64,000 bases of DNA, taken from sequence record PP885733.1; one strand, written 5' to 3'. Positions 17,800 through 27,950 of the stretch are shown piece by piece. Position 1 is the first letter of the stretch. Each line of letters opens with the position of its first letter. The notes under the pieces are model-generated. The model was not told the DNA's origin. It did not search any database and worked only from the letters and a program-made list of their open reading frames with translations. The position numbers and the translations under genes were made by a program.

Positions 17800-18240
17800 A
17801 TGCGGTGGGCACAGAAGATGAACTTATTTATTCAGGAGCTGATTAACAGGTTAATTAACTACCTGGTTAAGATCTCCAAAGGTGACACATACGAAGAGAA
17901 GATCGAACAGCTTCTGAGAAAAACCTTTGTTGTCGTTTTCTTCACTTTGCTCTTAACAACTACAATGACTTTCAAGTACCTCGTTTCATCTTGGTATCTG
18001 AAAGACCTTGAGAAGGGAATCACAAAGATTGATCAGTTCATGAGTATTCAGCAAACTCAGATCAACCAGTTGTTCAAAGTGAATGCTGATCAGTTAGCAC
18101 GTATCCAGTCCCTCAAAGAAGGGGCACGAGAAATGTTAACTGATATTCATACCTTAGCCAAGGATAACCAAAAGCTCATGAAAGAGAACGAAGAACTCAA
18201 GGAAAAGGCTAAGAAGAAAACTAAGGACAAAAGTAATTAA
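17800..18240 (+). CDS. Single-TM protein with C-terminal coiled coil
   Basis: TFVVVFFTLLLTTTMTF then heptad-like, Lys-rich C-terminus; start uncertain (17800/17818). Confidence 0.7.
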   Translation: MRWAQKMNLFIQELINRLINYLVKISKGDTYEEKIEQLLRKTFVVVFFTLLLTTTMTFKYLVSSWYLKDLEKGITKIDQFMSIQQTQINQLFKVNADQLARIQSLKEGAREMLTDIHTLAKDNQKLMKENEELKEKAKKKTKDKSN

Positions 18241-18248
18241 AGACATGG

Positions 18249-19712
18249 ATGTCCATAGGTTGTTACATAACAAAACGTCAGGAACAAATGATGAACATTG
18301 TTTATTACATAGTCAGTTCTGCACTCAAAGATAAAGGTGTCGGTGTATCTGGAGGGCATGGATACAGCTATGATCCAACCAATGAGAGCAAACGCAAACT
18401 GAGTAAAGATGTACCTTCTGTGTATGGTTACTTTGTAAATGGGAACTATCAAAGTATCGCAGTGGATATGATCGATATTTACAACGGTCGTGTCATTCGC
18501 AGACCAAATGAGACAGAAGCATTCCTTCTTAATCTGGAACTCATTATTAAAGAGTGGGTGAAAGATAAGCAGGAAGGTAATAAGCTACTGGTTATCACCA
18601 ACTGTATCAAGGGACAAAAGATGTTGGCCAATAACCGACATCCTGACAGTCTGGACGCTGAAGTATTTAAGCGTGTTTACGACCTTTGGAAAGAGCACGA
18701 GAAAAGCATCATCATTGATGTTGAGTATTATGCCAAAGGTGGTGAAGGTCCTAAAGTAGCTCATAAACAGATGGAAATGGCAATAGCACTTTGTGATCTC
18801 CCATCAGCTGAAGAACTCACTCTCGACAAAATGGATTTGAAGGCATACAAGGATCCCGAGATTGATTTCAACAAACTGGTCACGGCTTCTCGTTGGTATT
18901 TCAATACCGGAGATAAATCTGACTTCTTTGATATTGACGCTGACGGGTATCGCAAGTACACGTTCGGTCGGGTTGACCCTGACAAGAACTACTACGGCAA
19001 AGCAACTCCCGATGTTTATTACTCTGCCCTTTACACTAAAACTCCCATTACTGTATTGGACAAACTGTTCACGTTCTGTCAAAAGAACAAACCCAACCCT
19101 TACAACATTATGAGTGCTGGCAACCTCAACCACATTAAGTCAAAAGAAGTGGCTCGTATTATCGATGTCCTTCCTGGTACCATTACCAAGACCGAACTGG
19201 TTGCACCGATGTCAATCGGCAGTACTGAAAATGCGGCATTGGTTGAGTTCATCGATCCACCTGGTTTGTCGTACCGTATCCGTGACTTCCACGATCGTCT
19301 CAATCTGATTCATACCTTCTTCCGTAAACGCGATGAGAAAGGTGAGTATCAGAAGAACAAGTTCGTCGACATCACTGATCTGTTCTTCGCCAAAGATCCA
19401 AAAGGTAAACTCAAGATTCATCCTGACTTTACCAACAACACGTTGAAGATGCAAGTTCCTATTGAAGCACCGAACTGCGTGAAGCCGGTTGTCATCAACT
19501 TGTCTATCAAGTACGACACTCCTGAGCGTAATGCATTGAACAGTCTGATTGCTAACAAGGTCGAAGAAGTGAAAGTCTATCTGGCCTTGGACTTCAATGA
19601 TGACTCCGGTGTGAGTTACTGTACCATTGTCAGTACTCCTGACTTTGACTACATTCACTCCAACAGCATTGCTAACCTTCGTGTCTACAGTTTGAAAGAG
19701 CTGGGCAAATAA
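18249..19712 (+). CDS. RNase H-like protein (phiKZ gp155-type), catalytic residues apparently degenerate
   Basis: N-terminal GGHGYSY strand pattern; C-terminal VDITDLFF, YDTPERNALN, HSNSIAN as recalled for jumbo-phage RNase HI; likely start 18288. Confidence 0.6.
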   Translation: MSIGCYITKRQEQMMNIVYYIVSSALKDKGVGVSGGHGYSYDPTNESKRKLSKDVPSVYGYFVNGNYQSIAVDMIDIYNGRVIRRPNETEAFLLNLELIIKEWVKDKQEGNKLLVITNCIKGQKMLANNRHPDSLDAEVFKRVYDLWKEHEKSIIIDVEYYAKGGEGPKVAHKQMEMAIALCDLPSAEELTLDKMDLKAYKDPEIDFNKLVTASRWYFNTGDKSDFFDIDADGYRKYTFGRVDPDKNYYGKATPDVYYSALYTKTPITVLDKLFTFCQKNKPNPYNIMSAGNLNHIKSKEVARIIDVLPGTITKTELVAPMSIGSTENAALVEFIDPPGLSYRIRDFHDRLNLIHTFFRKRDEKGEYQKNKFVDITDLFFAKDPKGKLKIHPDFTNNTLKMQVPIEAPNCVKPVVINLSIKYDTPERNALNSLIANKVEEVKVYLALDFNDDSGVSYCTIVSTPDFDYIHSNSIANLRVYSLKELGK

Positions 19713-19720
19713 AACATAAT

Positions 19721-19751
19721 CCCCTTACCCCTCCGCAAGGAAGGGTAAGGG
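19721..19751. terminator. Bidirectional terminator, CCCCTACCC family
   Basis: ccccttacccctcc-gcaa-ggaagggtaaggg. Confidence 0.8.
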
Positions 19752-19760
19752 TTATGTCTG

Positions 19761-20807
19761 TTACATAGCTTCCATCAGCTGACGGATGTATTCTTCAGTA
19801 GCACCATCAGTGTTTGCAATAGCAGCGCGCAGTGCATCTTTAATAATACCTTCCTCAACACCCTTAATCGCTTTCTGAGACAGGGAGTTAATGCTGACGA
19901 TGGTATCACGGTAGATGGCCGCAATCTCTGTGAGAAGCTTCACAATGGCCACACAACGACTTAACTGACGACCTTCATCAGTATGTTCGTGACCTTTGTA
20001 TTTCTCGTTCAGATGATCAAGAGCGACAACAGCCTTGGCGAGTTCTTTCTGAGCTTCTTCGGAACGTTCAACCATTGCTTTAGCACGTTTAGGGAATGCC
20101 GTCTGGTTTTCCCTTGTCCAGTGAGCTTCTGCATTGCGAGCAGAGTCAACAATGAAACTCCACTCATGATCGATACCGAGTAAGTCTCGAGCACTCCCAT
20201 CTGGGTCGATACGTTTAACTTCGGCAGCTCGCGTGTTCAAGCTACGAATCATCCCAGCTACTTTGGAAGCGATATCGTTAACCACGGTACCGGTGATTTT
20301 CTCTTCCAGTTGTTCTGGAGTAGTCACATCTGGAATATCAACCTTTTTGATTTCTTCGTTGACAGCCTTCTTAACTTCAGGAGGCATACGCTTGATGATG
20401 CGCATTACGCCTTCATCTTTGTCATACTTAATATGAGCATCGATGCCCTGGTCGCGCAGTTCTTTAACACGCTTAACCAGAACGAGATCTTCAACGATCA
20501 TCTTCTTGGCTTCGTCGTATTCTTTCTTAGAAGAACCGGTGAACCAACCACGAATGGTTTTGATCAGCTCTTTGATCCACTCATAAACCTTACGAGCACC
20601 TTTCTTAATAGAGTCAAGGAAACCTTCTTGACCGTCGAAAGAGATACCATTCAGAGTGAACACCGTTGATGCGTAGGTGGATTCAAAACCATCTACACTG
20701 CCGGACGGACCGGCAGCTACGATAGATTCGAAACCAGCAGCGAGGTTGTAGGCATTATCGAATTCTTGTTGAATTGATTCCATACCTGCGATTGCTACAA
20801 GTTCCAT
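19761..20807 (-). CDS. Internal head (inner-body-like) protein with propeptide
   Basis: AGMES/AGFES/DGFES/DGQEG, then FLDSIKKGARKVYEWIKELIKTIRGWF, typical of phiKZ internal-protein paralogs. Confidence 0.75.
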   Translation of the reverse strand: MELVAIAGMESIQQEFDNAYNLAAGFESIVAAGPSGSVDGFESTYASTVFTLNGISFDGQEGFLDSIKKGARKVYEWIKELIKTIRGWFTGSSKKEYDEAKKMIVEDLVLVKRVKELRDQGIDAHIKYDKDEGVMRIIKRMPPEVKKAVNEEIKKVDIPDVTTPEQLEEKITGTVVNDIASKVAGMIRSLNTRAAEVKRIDPDGSARDLLGIDHEWSFIVDSARNAEAHWTRENQTAFPKRAKAMVERSEEAQKELAKAVVALDHLNEKYKGHEHTDEGRQLSRCVAIVKLLTEIAAIYRDTIVSINSLSQKAIKGVEEGIIKDALRAAIANTDGATEEYIRQLMEAM

Positions 20808-20816
20808 TGTGTTTCC

Positions 20817-22961
20817 TTAGAAGAGGTCAGCCATTGTGACACGTTTGATTGTTGGACGATGTGTAAATTCTTCAGTGAGCAATTCTTGCGTGGCCATGAT
20901 GGTGTGTTCGTTAACAGCACCACGAGTTTCAAAGCCAATGAGCTGACGCCAACTCCAAGCTTCGGAACCAACCATCTTCATAGAGGAACCTGCAACCTGA
21001 GTAGGAAGCTTACCACCACCAAGAAGAATCTCAACCTGCTCTTTAGACCATTCCATGATATCGATAGAGCGAGACGTGATGTTCTCTTCTTTACCGGTAT
21101 CCAGGTCGATCATATTAACAAAGCATTCCTCATCCTGACCTTTACGGTAGATACGAGCAATGGTCTGTTTCAGTTCATAAGAACGGAATGGAGCATTCAT
21201 CAGAATTAACTGGTTAGCCATAATTAACGGGTAACCTTCACGTAAGGTGTTGTAGGTGGTAATCAGTACCGGGATAGTTGGATCATCACCGAACTTGTTA
21301 ACGACCTTATCAATGTCCTTACTGTTCTCACCGCTTACGGAAAGAGACTTAATCCCTTCACGTTCGAAGTAACGTTCCAGCTCTTTGATAACTTCGATAT
21401 AGGAAGTAAAGATAACTGTCTTCTTCTTAACCGAAGCGATCATTGCTGGGATACCTGCATGTTCAATAATGTCACGCACAGCTTGCATACGAGCTTGTGA
21501 CAGAACACGACCTAAAGCTTCACCACGGATCTTCAAGCCAACGTACTTAACGGCAGACTTGATATGACGGAAGTATTTGAGATCCTCACCACGGAGTTCG
21601 TGTTCGATCTTATCTTCCACCTTGTGGCAGAACTTAGACTTGTCGGCATCAGTGAAGTTATTGTAACCGTGCTTCTGGAAGTAGTTAACAATCTCAATGT
21701 ATTTATCGAGTTCAGCTTCTTCAACCATATCACCAGAGATCCACTGACGATAACCATCCACATACTTCTTCCAGTCGGAAGTGTACTGAGGCATCATTTT
21801 GTGGTAGAACGCAACGCGCTCTGTGATGAAGTCCATCATCTCTGCACGGATACTTGCCAGGGTATAACGATCGGCCCCTTCAAACGCAACAGGAACCATA
21901 ACAGGTTCTGGAGGTGAATCCATCCCTTCGATCTTGGTAATCGTATATTTGATACGACCCAGACGGTGCGCCAACATTTCGTTAAGGAATGCGTTATCAC
22001 GACCGTACATCTTAAGGAAGTCTTGTTGCACAGCTTTATCAAAGAACTTGTCAATGATAGTAAACAGTGCGAAGGTTTCACGACCTTGTGCTTTGATAGG
22101 AGTACCGGACATAAACAGAACGTCAGATACAAACTTGTGAGAACATAACTCGATCAAACCTTGAGTCTGTTGAGACTTGTGTTCGTTGTAGTTATGAGAC
22201 TCATCGACGATAACTTTAACTGGCTCTTTACCACCCTTGGTAACTTTAGTCAGGAAGTCGTCGTAATCCCCTGCACGGAGGTTTTCTTTATAGATAATGA
22301 AATACTGCTTATCCAGGTGATCGATCATCCTGGTGCCGTCTAGAGACGTCCAGATATCTGGCTTCTCACGGAAGTACTCATTCGTCATTTCATTAACCCA
22401 TGGTTTGTTGACCAGGTGTTTAGGAACGACGATAACAGTTTTATAAGGTGAGATCATTTCTGACCAGACTAAACTGGTGAATGTCTTACCTGAACCTGGC
22501 TCTGCATCAAGCAGACAACCACGGAGTTGATAACCATGCTTGATTCGGGAATAGTCTTCCAGGAACTCACGCTGGTTAACGAAAGGAGTGTAGCGGAACT
22601 TCTTCAGCGCCTTATCAACATCATAAGGGGCGTACTGCTGGAAGGTTGTTTCGATCCACGTCTTTCTTTTGATTTCATCGAAGAGTTGCTTGTACTTATA
22701 CATACCAACACGATAGCGATCTACCTGACGCTTATTCTTGTTGGTTGTAAAGTGATCCAGAATCCAAGCTAACTCTACCGTAAAGAACTTATGAATACGA
22801 AAGCGTCTTGCGTTAACTTTGATGATCATTCGGTTGAAGATAACCGATGTTCCAAAGTTGGCCCTTAAGTCGATTTCAAAGTGGTTTAAATTTATACCAC
22901 TTATGTCATAGTAAGAGCCGACACTTTCCACACTAGGTGTAAAGCTAAAAAATTCCAACAT
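20817..22961 (-). CDS. SNF2-family (SF2) helicase
   Basis: DAEPGSGKTF, IVDESHN, MSGTPIK, LREGYPL, QTIARIYRKGQ. Confidence 0.9.
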   Translation of the reverse strand: MLEFFSFTPSVESVGSYYDISGINLNHFEIDLRANFGTSVIFNRMIIKVNARRFRIHKFFTVELAWILDHFTTNKNKRQVDRYRVGMYKYKQLFDEIKRKTWIETTFQQYAPYDVDKALKKFRYTPFVNQREFLEDYSRIKHGYQLRGCLLDAEPGSGKTFTSLVWSEMISPYKTVIVVPKHLVNKPWVNEMTNEYFREKPDIWTSLDGTRMIDHLDKQYFIIYKENLRAGDYDDFLTKVTKGGKEPVKVIVDESHNYNEHKSQQTQGLIELCSHKFVSDVLFMSGTPIKAQGRETFALFTIIDKFFDKAVQQDFLKMYGRDNAFLNEMLAHRLGRIKYTITKIEGMDSPPEPVMVPVAFEGADRYTLASIRAEMMDFITERVAFYHKMMPQYTSDWKKYVDGYRQWISGDMVEEAELDKYIEIVNYFQKHGYNNFTDADKSKFCHKVEDKIEHELRGEDLKYFRHIKSAVKYVGLKIRGEALGRVLSQARMQAVRDIIEHAGIPAMIASVKKKTVIFTSYIEVIKELERYFEREGIKSLSVSGENSKDIDKVVNKFGDDPTIPVLITTYNTLREGYPLIMANQLILMNAPFRSYELKQTIARIYRKGQDEECFVNMIDLDTGKEENITSRSIDIMEWSKEQVEILLGGGKLPTQVAGSSMKMVGSEAWSWRQLIGFETRGAVNEHTIMATQELLTEEFTHRPTIKRVTMADLF

Positions 22962-22976
22962 TATTAAGGACCTTAA

Positions 22977-24092
22977 ATGAGCGATTTAGTTGAGAAGTTT
23001 CTGACCGATGCGAATATCAACAACCTGATTCAGTACGTGCTTCACGACTGTCAGGACGCTGGCGATATCTCGAATGTGGATATCGAATTCCAGGAGTGGC
23101 GCAATCGTTACAAAGTATCCCTGGGTCTGTTGAACTGGCACATCTCTGTCGACTTCATGCCTCGTTTCTGGTTATTGCTGGATAAAGGTGTCGAAGGTTG
23201 GGAAGAAATCTGCCAGGTAATTGAAGCAGAAGATGGGTCCATCAAAGAGTTCGTCTCTGTACGTCTGGACGATCTTCCGACCGTGTACGAATCTACCGAT
23301 CCGTTCTATGAACTGATGGGTGAAGACTTCACTAACGTTGACCGTAAACTGGAAGGGCTGGTTACTGCATCTGCTGCGACCATTCGTGAGTTGGCTAAAA
23401 TCATCAACGCTCAAATGGAGCTGGTTACTCGTAACCGTGATATCGTCAAAGACTTTGATGGTATTCTGACGTTTGATACCGCAACCGGTAAAGACTTCAA
23501 ACTGTCCCTGTGCTTCGACAAAGTTCCACCAATCGCTGAAAACAACACGGCGATGATCATGCGTACCCCTATTACTCAGGAAGACGCGGAACTGTATCTG
23601 GGCGACATTCATCCGAAGATCGTATCTCGTCTGGATCACATCAACAAACTGGTTGAAACCCTGCTGGCCGGTAAAGCTGTTACCAAACATCCTGAGCTGC
23701 TGGACTATGCGGCAATGGGTATTGATGTAACACTGACCAAAGCGTTCCTGAACCAGATCGTGACCTACATCAGCTTCGGCGGTATCGATGACTGGCGTAT
23801 GAACGGGGATGATTCTCCGAACAACATCGCTTGCTTCAAGATCCTGGATGAAGAAGTAGAGCACATCATCAAAGAGCTGGAAGCTCTGCCGAAACAAGAA
23901 GGTGTTGATCTCTACTCTCTGGATATCGATACTCTCACCGCTTTCGGTCGTAACAACGATAACCGTGTTGTGACTCCGGCTGTCCAGGGTTTCACCGAAC
24001 CTAAACTGCTGTCTCGTTACAGCAAAGGTTTCGAACGTCTCCTGGGTATCCGTCTGGGAATGAGTGACAACGCTCACTTCTTCCGCGCATAA
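22977..24092 (+). CDS. Hypothetical acidic protein
   Basis: 371 aa, optimal codon bias, SD aagga. Confidence 0.85.
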   Translation: MSDLVEKFLTDANINNLIQYVLHDCQDAGDISNVDIEFQEWRNRYKVSLGLLNWHISVDFMPRFWLLLDKGVEGWEEICQVIEAEDGSIKEFVSVRLDDLPTVYESTDPFYELMGEDFTNVDRKLEGLVTASAATIRELAKIINAQMELVTRNRDIVKDFDGILTFDTATGKDFKLSLCFDKVPPIAENNTAMIMRTPITQEDAELYLGDIHPKIVSRLDHINKLVETLLAGKAVTKHPELLDYAAMGIDVTLTKAFLNQIVTYISFGGIDDWRMNGDDSPNNIACFKILDEEVEHIIKELEALPKQEGVDLYSLDIDTLTAFGRNNDNRVVTPAVQGFTEPKLLSRYSKGFERLLGIRLGMSDNAHFFRA

Positions 24093-24100
24093 CAGTCATA

Positions 24101-24133
24101 ACCCCTACCCCTCCTTTTTGGAGTGGGTAGGGG
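24101..24133. terminator. Bidirectional terminator, CCCCTACCC family
   Basis: acccctacccctcc-tttt-tggagtgggtagggg. Confidence 0.8.
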
Positions 24134-24141
24134 AATATGTC

Positions 24142-24921
24142 TTAAAGTTTTTTGCTTTCCTGGACCTGTAACTGCAGTACGCGAGTTAAGTCAGACAGCA
24201 GGGCTAACATCTTACCTACGAAGGTAACGTTGCCCACAAGGCCACTGATTGCGTCATTCAGCAATGTACCGGAGGTCTTGTCGAAGATGATCTCGTTGGC
24301 ATCCACTTTATCTTTCAGCAGCTTGACAATATAGAGAACCTGGTCAACTTGTTTAGCCAATAACTCAGCATCACGAGCGCCGATGGTTTTAACCACGGTG
24401 TTGAAGTTGGTGCAGATATTGTAGGCTTCGCCGAAGCTCGGATACATATCCTGAACTGCACGAGTGTAAACACCAGTGTCAGAGATCACAGCAGCATACT
24501 GTTCTTTGGTCTCATCGATCATAACGTCGTTGTCAGAGTTACGAATAGAGTGAGGAACTTTACCCGAAGTTGCGGCGAGCTTTACAGCACGATAAACAAC
24601 GTCAGCCTGAGAAGAAACCAACTTCATAATTGGTATCGTTCTCAGTACCAATGCTACGTAATCTTTAAAGGAGATTTTTGCACCGTTAAAGAAAACTGGA
24701 GCCGGGATATGTTTGGATGCTACAGAAAAATAATCATTCTGGTTCGCCATCTTGTTCCACACATCAATTCCCTGAACTGTGTGGATAGAACTGTTAAAGT
24801 TCTTGGCATTGAAGGCGTCAATACCCAGACTGACTTCCTTAAAGAAGGATACTAAAGTTTCGCCAAAGGTGAGGGCTTCACTTCCCTGCAATTGGTCGAT
24901 GGTTTGATCTTGAATAGACAT
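24142..24921 (-). CDS. Putative virion head protein
   Basis: 259 aa; N-terminal QGSEA maturation-like motif; next to uvsX as in phiKZ-like genomes. Confidence 0.6.
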   Translation of the reverse strand: MSIQDQTIDQLQGSEALTFGETLVSFFKEVSLGIDAFNAKNFNSSIHTVQGIDVWNKMANQNDYFSVASKHIPAPVFFNGAKISFKDYVALVLRTIPIMKLVSSQADVVYRAVKLAATSGKVPHSIRNSDNDVMIDETKEQYAAVISDTGVYTRAVQDMYPSFGEAYNICTNFNTVVKTIGARDAELLAKQVDQVLYIVKLLKDKVDANEIIFDKTSGTLLNDAISGLVGNVTFVGKMLALLSDLTRVLQLQVQESKKL

Positions 24922-24984
24922 GCTATGGCAAACTCCATTAGTGTGAATCTGAAACGTTTCATAACATTTACAAAAGGTGATTAG

Positions 24985-26454
24985 ATGTTGACCGCTTTGA
25001 ACTTCCTGCAGTCTTATGGATCGGAATCCAACCTCCAGATCGGGCTGAACGTGAACTCCATCTTTGACCTGCTGACAACCAGCATGATCAAAGGTAAAGA
25101 CGGCGTTTGGTACCAGAACGGCGGCCTGATGCCAATCAACGCATTAGCCGGTGGTAACAACACCCAAAAGACAGGTCGTACCGTAACAGACGTTGCAGCA
25201 CTTCTGCATCGCTTCCACAAATCAATCATTCTGTACGGCGATACTGAATCCACTCTGGACGTATCTCGTCTGGCAGAGAAAGTGGATGAGCTGTATGGCA
25301 TCCCTGGTTACTTCGAAGAACACATCGAAGACAAACGCTTCATCTACATGCCTAACTCTGCGGGCATGGATGGTACTTACTACCACAACAAAGTCAAAGA
25401 GATCTATGTGACTCTGACTGCTCTGGCTGAGTCGAAAGACAAAGACGAGATCGCTGCGTACAAAGACTTGTTCTTTGATACTCCGTTCTGGTCCAAGAAG
25501 CTGGAGAAGTACATCGAAGAACGTCACCCTATCCTCTTCATCTGTGACTCGGTTTCCGAAGTTAACTTCGACGATCTGATGTTCAAACAGTTCGAAGACG
25601 GCGATATCGATGCCGGCGGTAAGAAGCGTACTCGTGACATGGAAATCGGCAACCTGCGTCGTATCCTGATGTCTGACGTCTGTACTCTGGGACCTCGCGT
25701 TGGCGTTCGTTCATACTGGATCGCTCAGTCTGCTGATGTTATCAACATGGACGGTAAACCAAAAGAGAAAGACTCTACGTTCATCCGTCACAACAAAAAG
25801 CTTCAGGCTCCGAAAGCAATCCTGAAACTTCCTCACATCGGTGTTGAGATCATTAAAGGTTCTGTACTGAAACAGACCGACCACTCTGTTACCTATCCAC
25901 GCGGTAAAGAGTCAAGCATCTCTACTAACGCCAAGTCCAACCCGGAACTGGTTCAATACCTGACTACCGTCTTCCGTAACAAGTCTGGTTCTTCCGGTGG
26001 TGACCTGAGTTTCATCGCATCTCAGGAACTGGGTATTCTGCCTTACCTGTCCATGTATGACATTCTGAAAGAGAACAAGTACTTCGGCCTGGACGGTTCT
26101 GCAGTTCGTCACACCTGTTCACTGATGCCTGAGCAGACCATCATGCGCACTACGGTGCGTGACCTGCTGGAAGGCGAGGACGCCAATCCTAAATTGCAGC
26201 GTGCAATTGAGTTGTGTTTCCATTACTGGTATCAGACCACCTTCTGGGATAACTTCCCTGAAAACTGGAAGATGACCCCTGGTGAGTTGTACCAGAAAGG
26301 TATCGATGTCGGTCTGGACTGGAACGACGTTCTGGAAAATACCGTTTACTTCTGGTGTACCAACCCAGAGATCAAAAAGACCAAACATACACTGACCATT
26401 TTCGAGTTGATGGAAATCCTCGTTAATGGCAAGAAACCTTACTGGAAAAAATAA
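24985..26454 (+). CDS. uvsX: UvsX/RecA-like recombinase
   Basis: AGGNNTQKTG (Walker A variant), YGDTEST, FICDSVSE (Walker B), FRNKSGSSG; ~490 aa as in phiKZ-like phages. Confidence 0.8.
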   Translation: MLTALNFLQSYGSESNLQIGLNVNSIFDLLTTSMIKGKDGVWYQNGGLMPINALAGGNNTQKTGRTVTDVAALLHRFHKSIILYGDTESTLDVSRLAEKVDELYGIPGYFEEHIEDKRFIYMPNSAGMDGTYYHNKVKEIYVTLTALAESKDKDEIAAYKDLFFDTPFWSKKLEKYIEERHPILFICDSVSEVNFDDLMFKQFEDGDIDAGGKKRTRDMEIGNLRRILMSDVCTLGPRVGVRSYWIAQSADVINMDGKPKEKDSTFIRHNKKLQAPKAILKLPHIGVEIIKGSVLKQTDHSVTYPRGKESSISTNAKSNPELVQYLTTVFRNKSGSSGGDLSFIASQELGILPYLSMYDILKENKYFGLDGSAVRHTCSLMPEQTIMRTTVRDLLEGEDANPKLQRAIELCFHYWYQTTFWDNFPENWKMTPGELYQKGIDVGLDWNDVLENTVYFWCTNPEIKKTKHTLTIFELMEILVNGKKPYWKK

Positions 26455-26455
26455 A

Positions 26456-26821
26456 ATGACAGACTTTAGTTATGATTACTCGGTACTGGTTGTAGTCGAA
26501 CCAGAATTCCTGGCAAAGAGCAAGGATGCTGATGCGTATGTTGAGAAACTGAACAAGTTCCTCACCACTCGTGCTGGTGATTCTCGTTTCCGTAATGTGT
26601 CGGTAACCGGTAACTATGGTATCCCAGGTTGTGAGCATCTGGAAGTTGATGATCGTAACAAAACTTCCTTTATCAAGTCTCTCGATGATCATTTGACTCA
26701 GTTCGATGAAATTGTGGTCATCACCAACTTCGAGAAGGAACCGTACATCGATGCACTGAGCAATCGTGTTAGCGAACTCTCGAAGTCACTTACCATCTAC
26801 GGGTATGAGACACGTGTATGA
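26456..26821 (+). CDS. Hypothetical core protein
   Basis: ATG 26456 right after the uvsX stop; ATGA overlap with next gene. Confidence 0.75.
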   Translation: MTDFSYDYSVLVVVEPEFLAKSKDADAYVEKLNKFLTTRAGDSRFRNVSVTGNYGIPGCEHLEVDDRNKTSFIKSLDDHLTQFDEIVVITNFEKEPYIDALSNRVSELSKSLTIYGYETRV

Positions 26822-27495
26822 AAAACAGAAAAGAGATCGAAGCCGATATCCTGTTCTTAGCCGAAAGGTTTACTCAGGGTAAAGGCAACGTCGAACTCTA
26901 TACTGAACTGTTTGGGCGTTTAGAAGACGCCCAGTTTAAAGAGTTCTGGAACAAGATCTGTGACTCTGGGTTCATTCCAATGTTCGTTGATAACTTCAAT
27001 ATGAAAGAAGCGATCAACTACGACCACATGGTTAAAGTGGCCAAAGAACTGGATATCCCTCTGGAACAGCAACTGATCATTACTGACCCTGATACTGGTC
27101 TTGAGCACACCACTCCAGAAACTTGTCTGGTGGGTATTGCTGAGATTCGTAAACAGCGTCAGTTACAGACCAAGAAGTTTGGTGCTGCCAAACATGACCA
27201 TGAAACTGAAGACCTTACTGGTCAGCCTACTGGTGCTTCTAAAGCCGGTGGTATCTCTAACCCAGAGATTCAGGTTCTGTTATCACTTGGTCTACCGACA
27301 TTGGCAAAAGAGCTTGCTGACGTTCGTGGTGGTGATGCTGGCGCATATCGTGCCTATAAGAGTGACATCCTGACTTCTGGCCAGGCTACAACTCAGTCTG
27401 CGTTACAACGTGGTACTGGTGTTAAGTCGCTCCAAACAGCTCACTACCTGCTGCGCGGTCAGCACCTCGATAACGATCTGAATTCGCGGGTATAA
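26818..27495 (+). CDS. Virion RNA polymerase beta subunit, C-terminal fragment (phiKZ gp149-type)
   Basis: DLTGQPTGASKAGGISNPEIQVL...KELADVRGGD matches the beta C-terminal LTQQP-G-A-GGQR-GEME...EMLT-KSDD region. Confidence 0.85.
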   Translation: MKNRKEIEADILFLAERFTQGKGNVELYTELFGRLEDAQFKEFWNKICDSGFIPMFVDNFNMKEAINYDHMVKVAKELDIPLEQQLIITDPDTGLEHTTPETCLVGIAEIRKQRQLQTKKFGAAKHDHETEDLTGQPTGASKAGGISNPEIQVLLSLGLPTLAKELADVRGGDAGAYRAYKSDILTSGQATTQSALQRGTGVKSLQTAHYLLRGQHLDNDLNSRV

Positions 27496-27950
27496 TGGAA
27501 CAAGATCTGAACGCAAGTCTCATCGGGTTGATTACAGCAGAGATGGAAACTGAGATCCTCATTAACGAGGACTCTTCCAACTTCTGGGCTAATACTCGTG
27601 AGATTATCTTCGAGACGGCACTGACTTCATTCCGTGAGTCTCTGGGTAGCATGTCTGAGATTATCGGTAAGGATAAAGAGGCGTACAACTATTTCAGTTC
27701 AATGGTTGCACGTGTCATGTCCTTCCCGTTCGCCAGACCAGCTTTGAAAGCTTTCGTTGAAGGCTTCGACTTGACCATCACTGATCCTGTTATGGGTGAC
27801 GGTTATAACTACAAAGCGAGTGAGCTGTCCCCTGTTGGTCAGCTGATGCTATTCATCAGTGTCAACCGTAACCTCATCACTTTAGCAATGTTCGCTAAAG
27901 AGCAAGCTGATGCAAAAGCTGCTGCCGAAGCAAAAGGTAAGAAGAAATGA
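27495..27950 (+). CDS. Hypothetical core protein
   Basis: 151 aa, TAATG coupling. Confidence 0.8.
   Translation: MEQDLNASLIGLITAEMETEILINEDSSNFWANTREIIFETALTSFRESLGSMSEIIGKDKEAYNYFSSMVARVMSFPFARPALKAFVEGFDLTITDPVMGDGYNYKASELSPVGQLMLFISVNRNLITLAMFAKEQADAKAAAEAKGKKK

Noticed and set aside
17800-18240. i-spanin or holin call
   Set aside because: TM plus coiled coil is compatible, but there is no embedded or adjacent lipoprotein and no link to the endolysin
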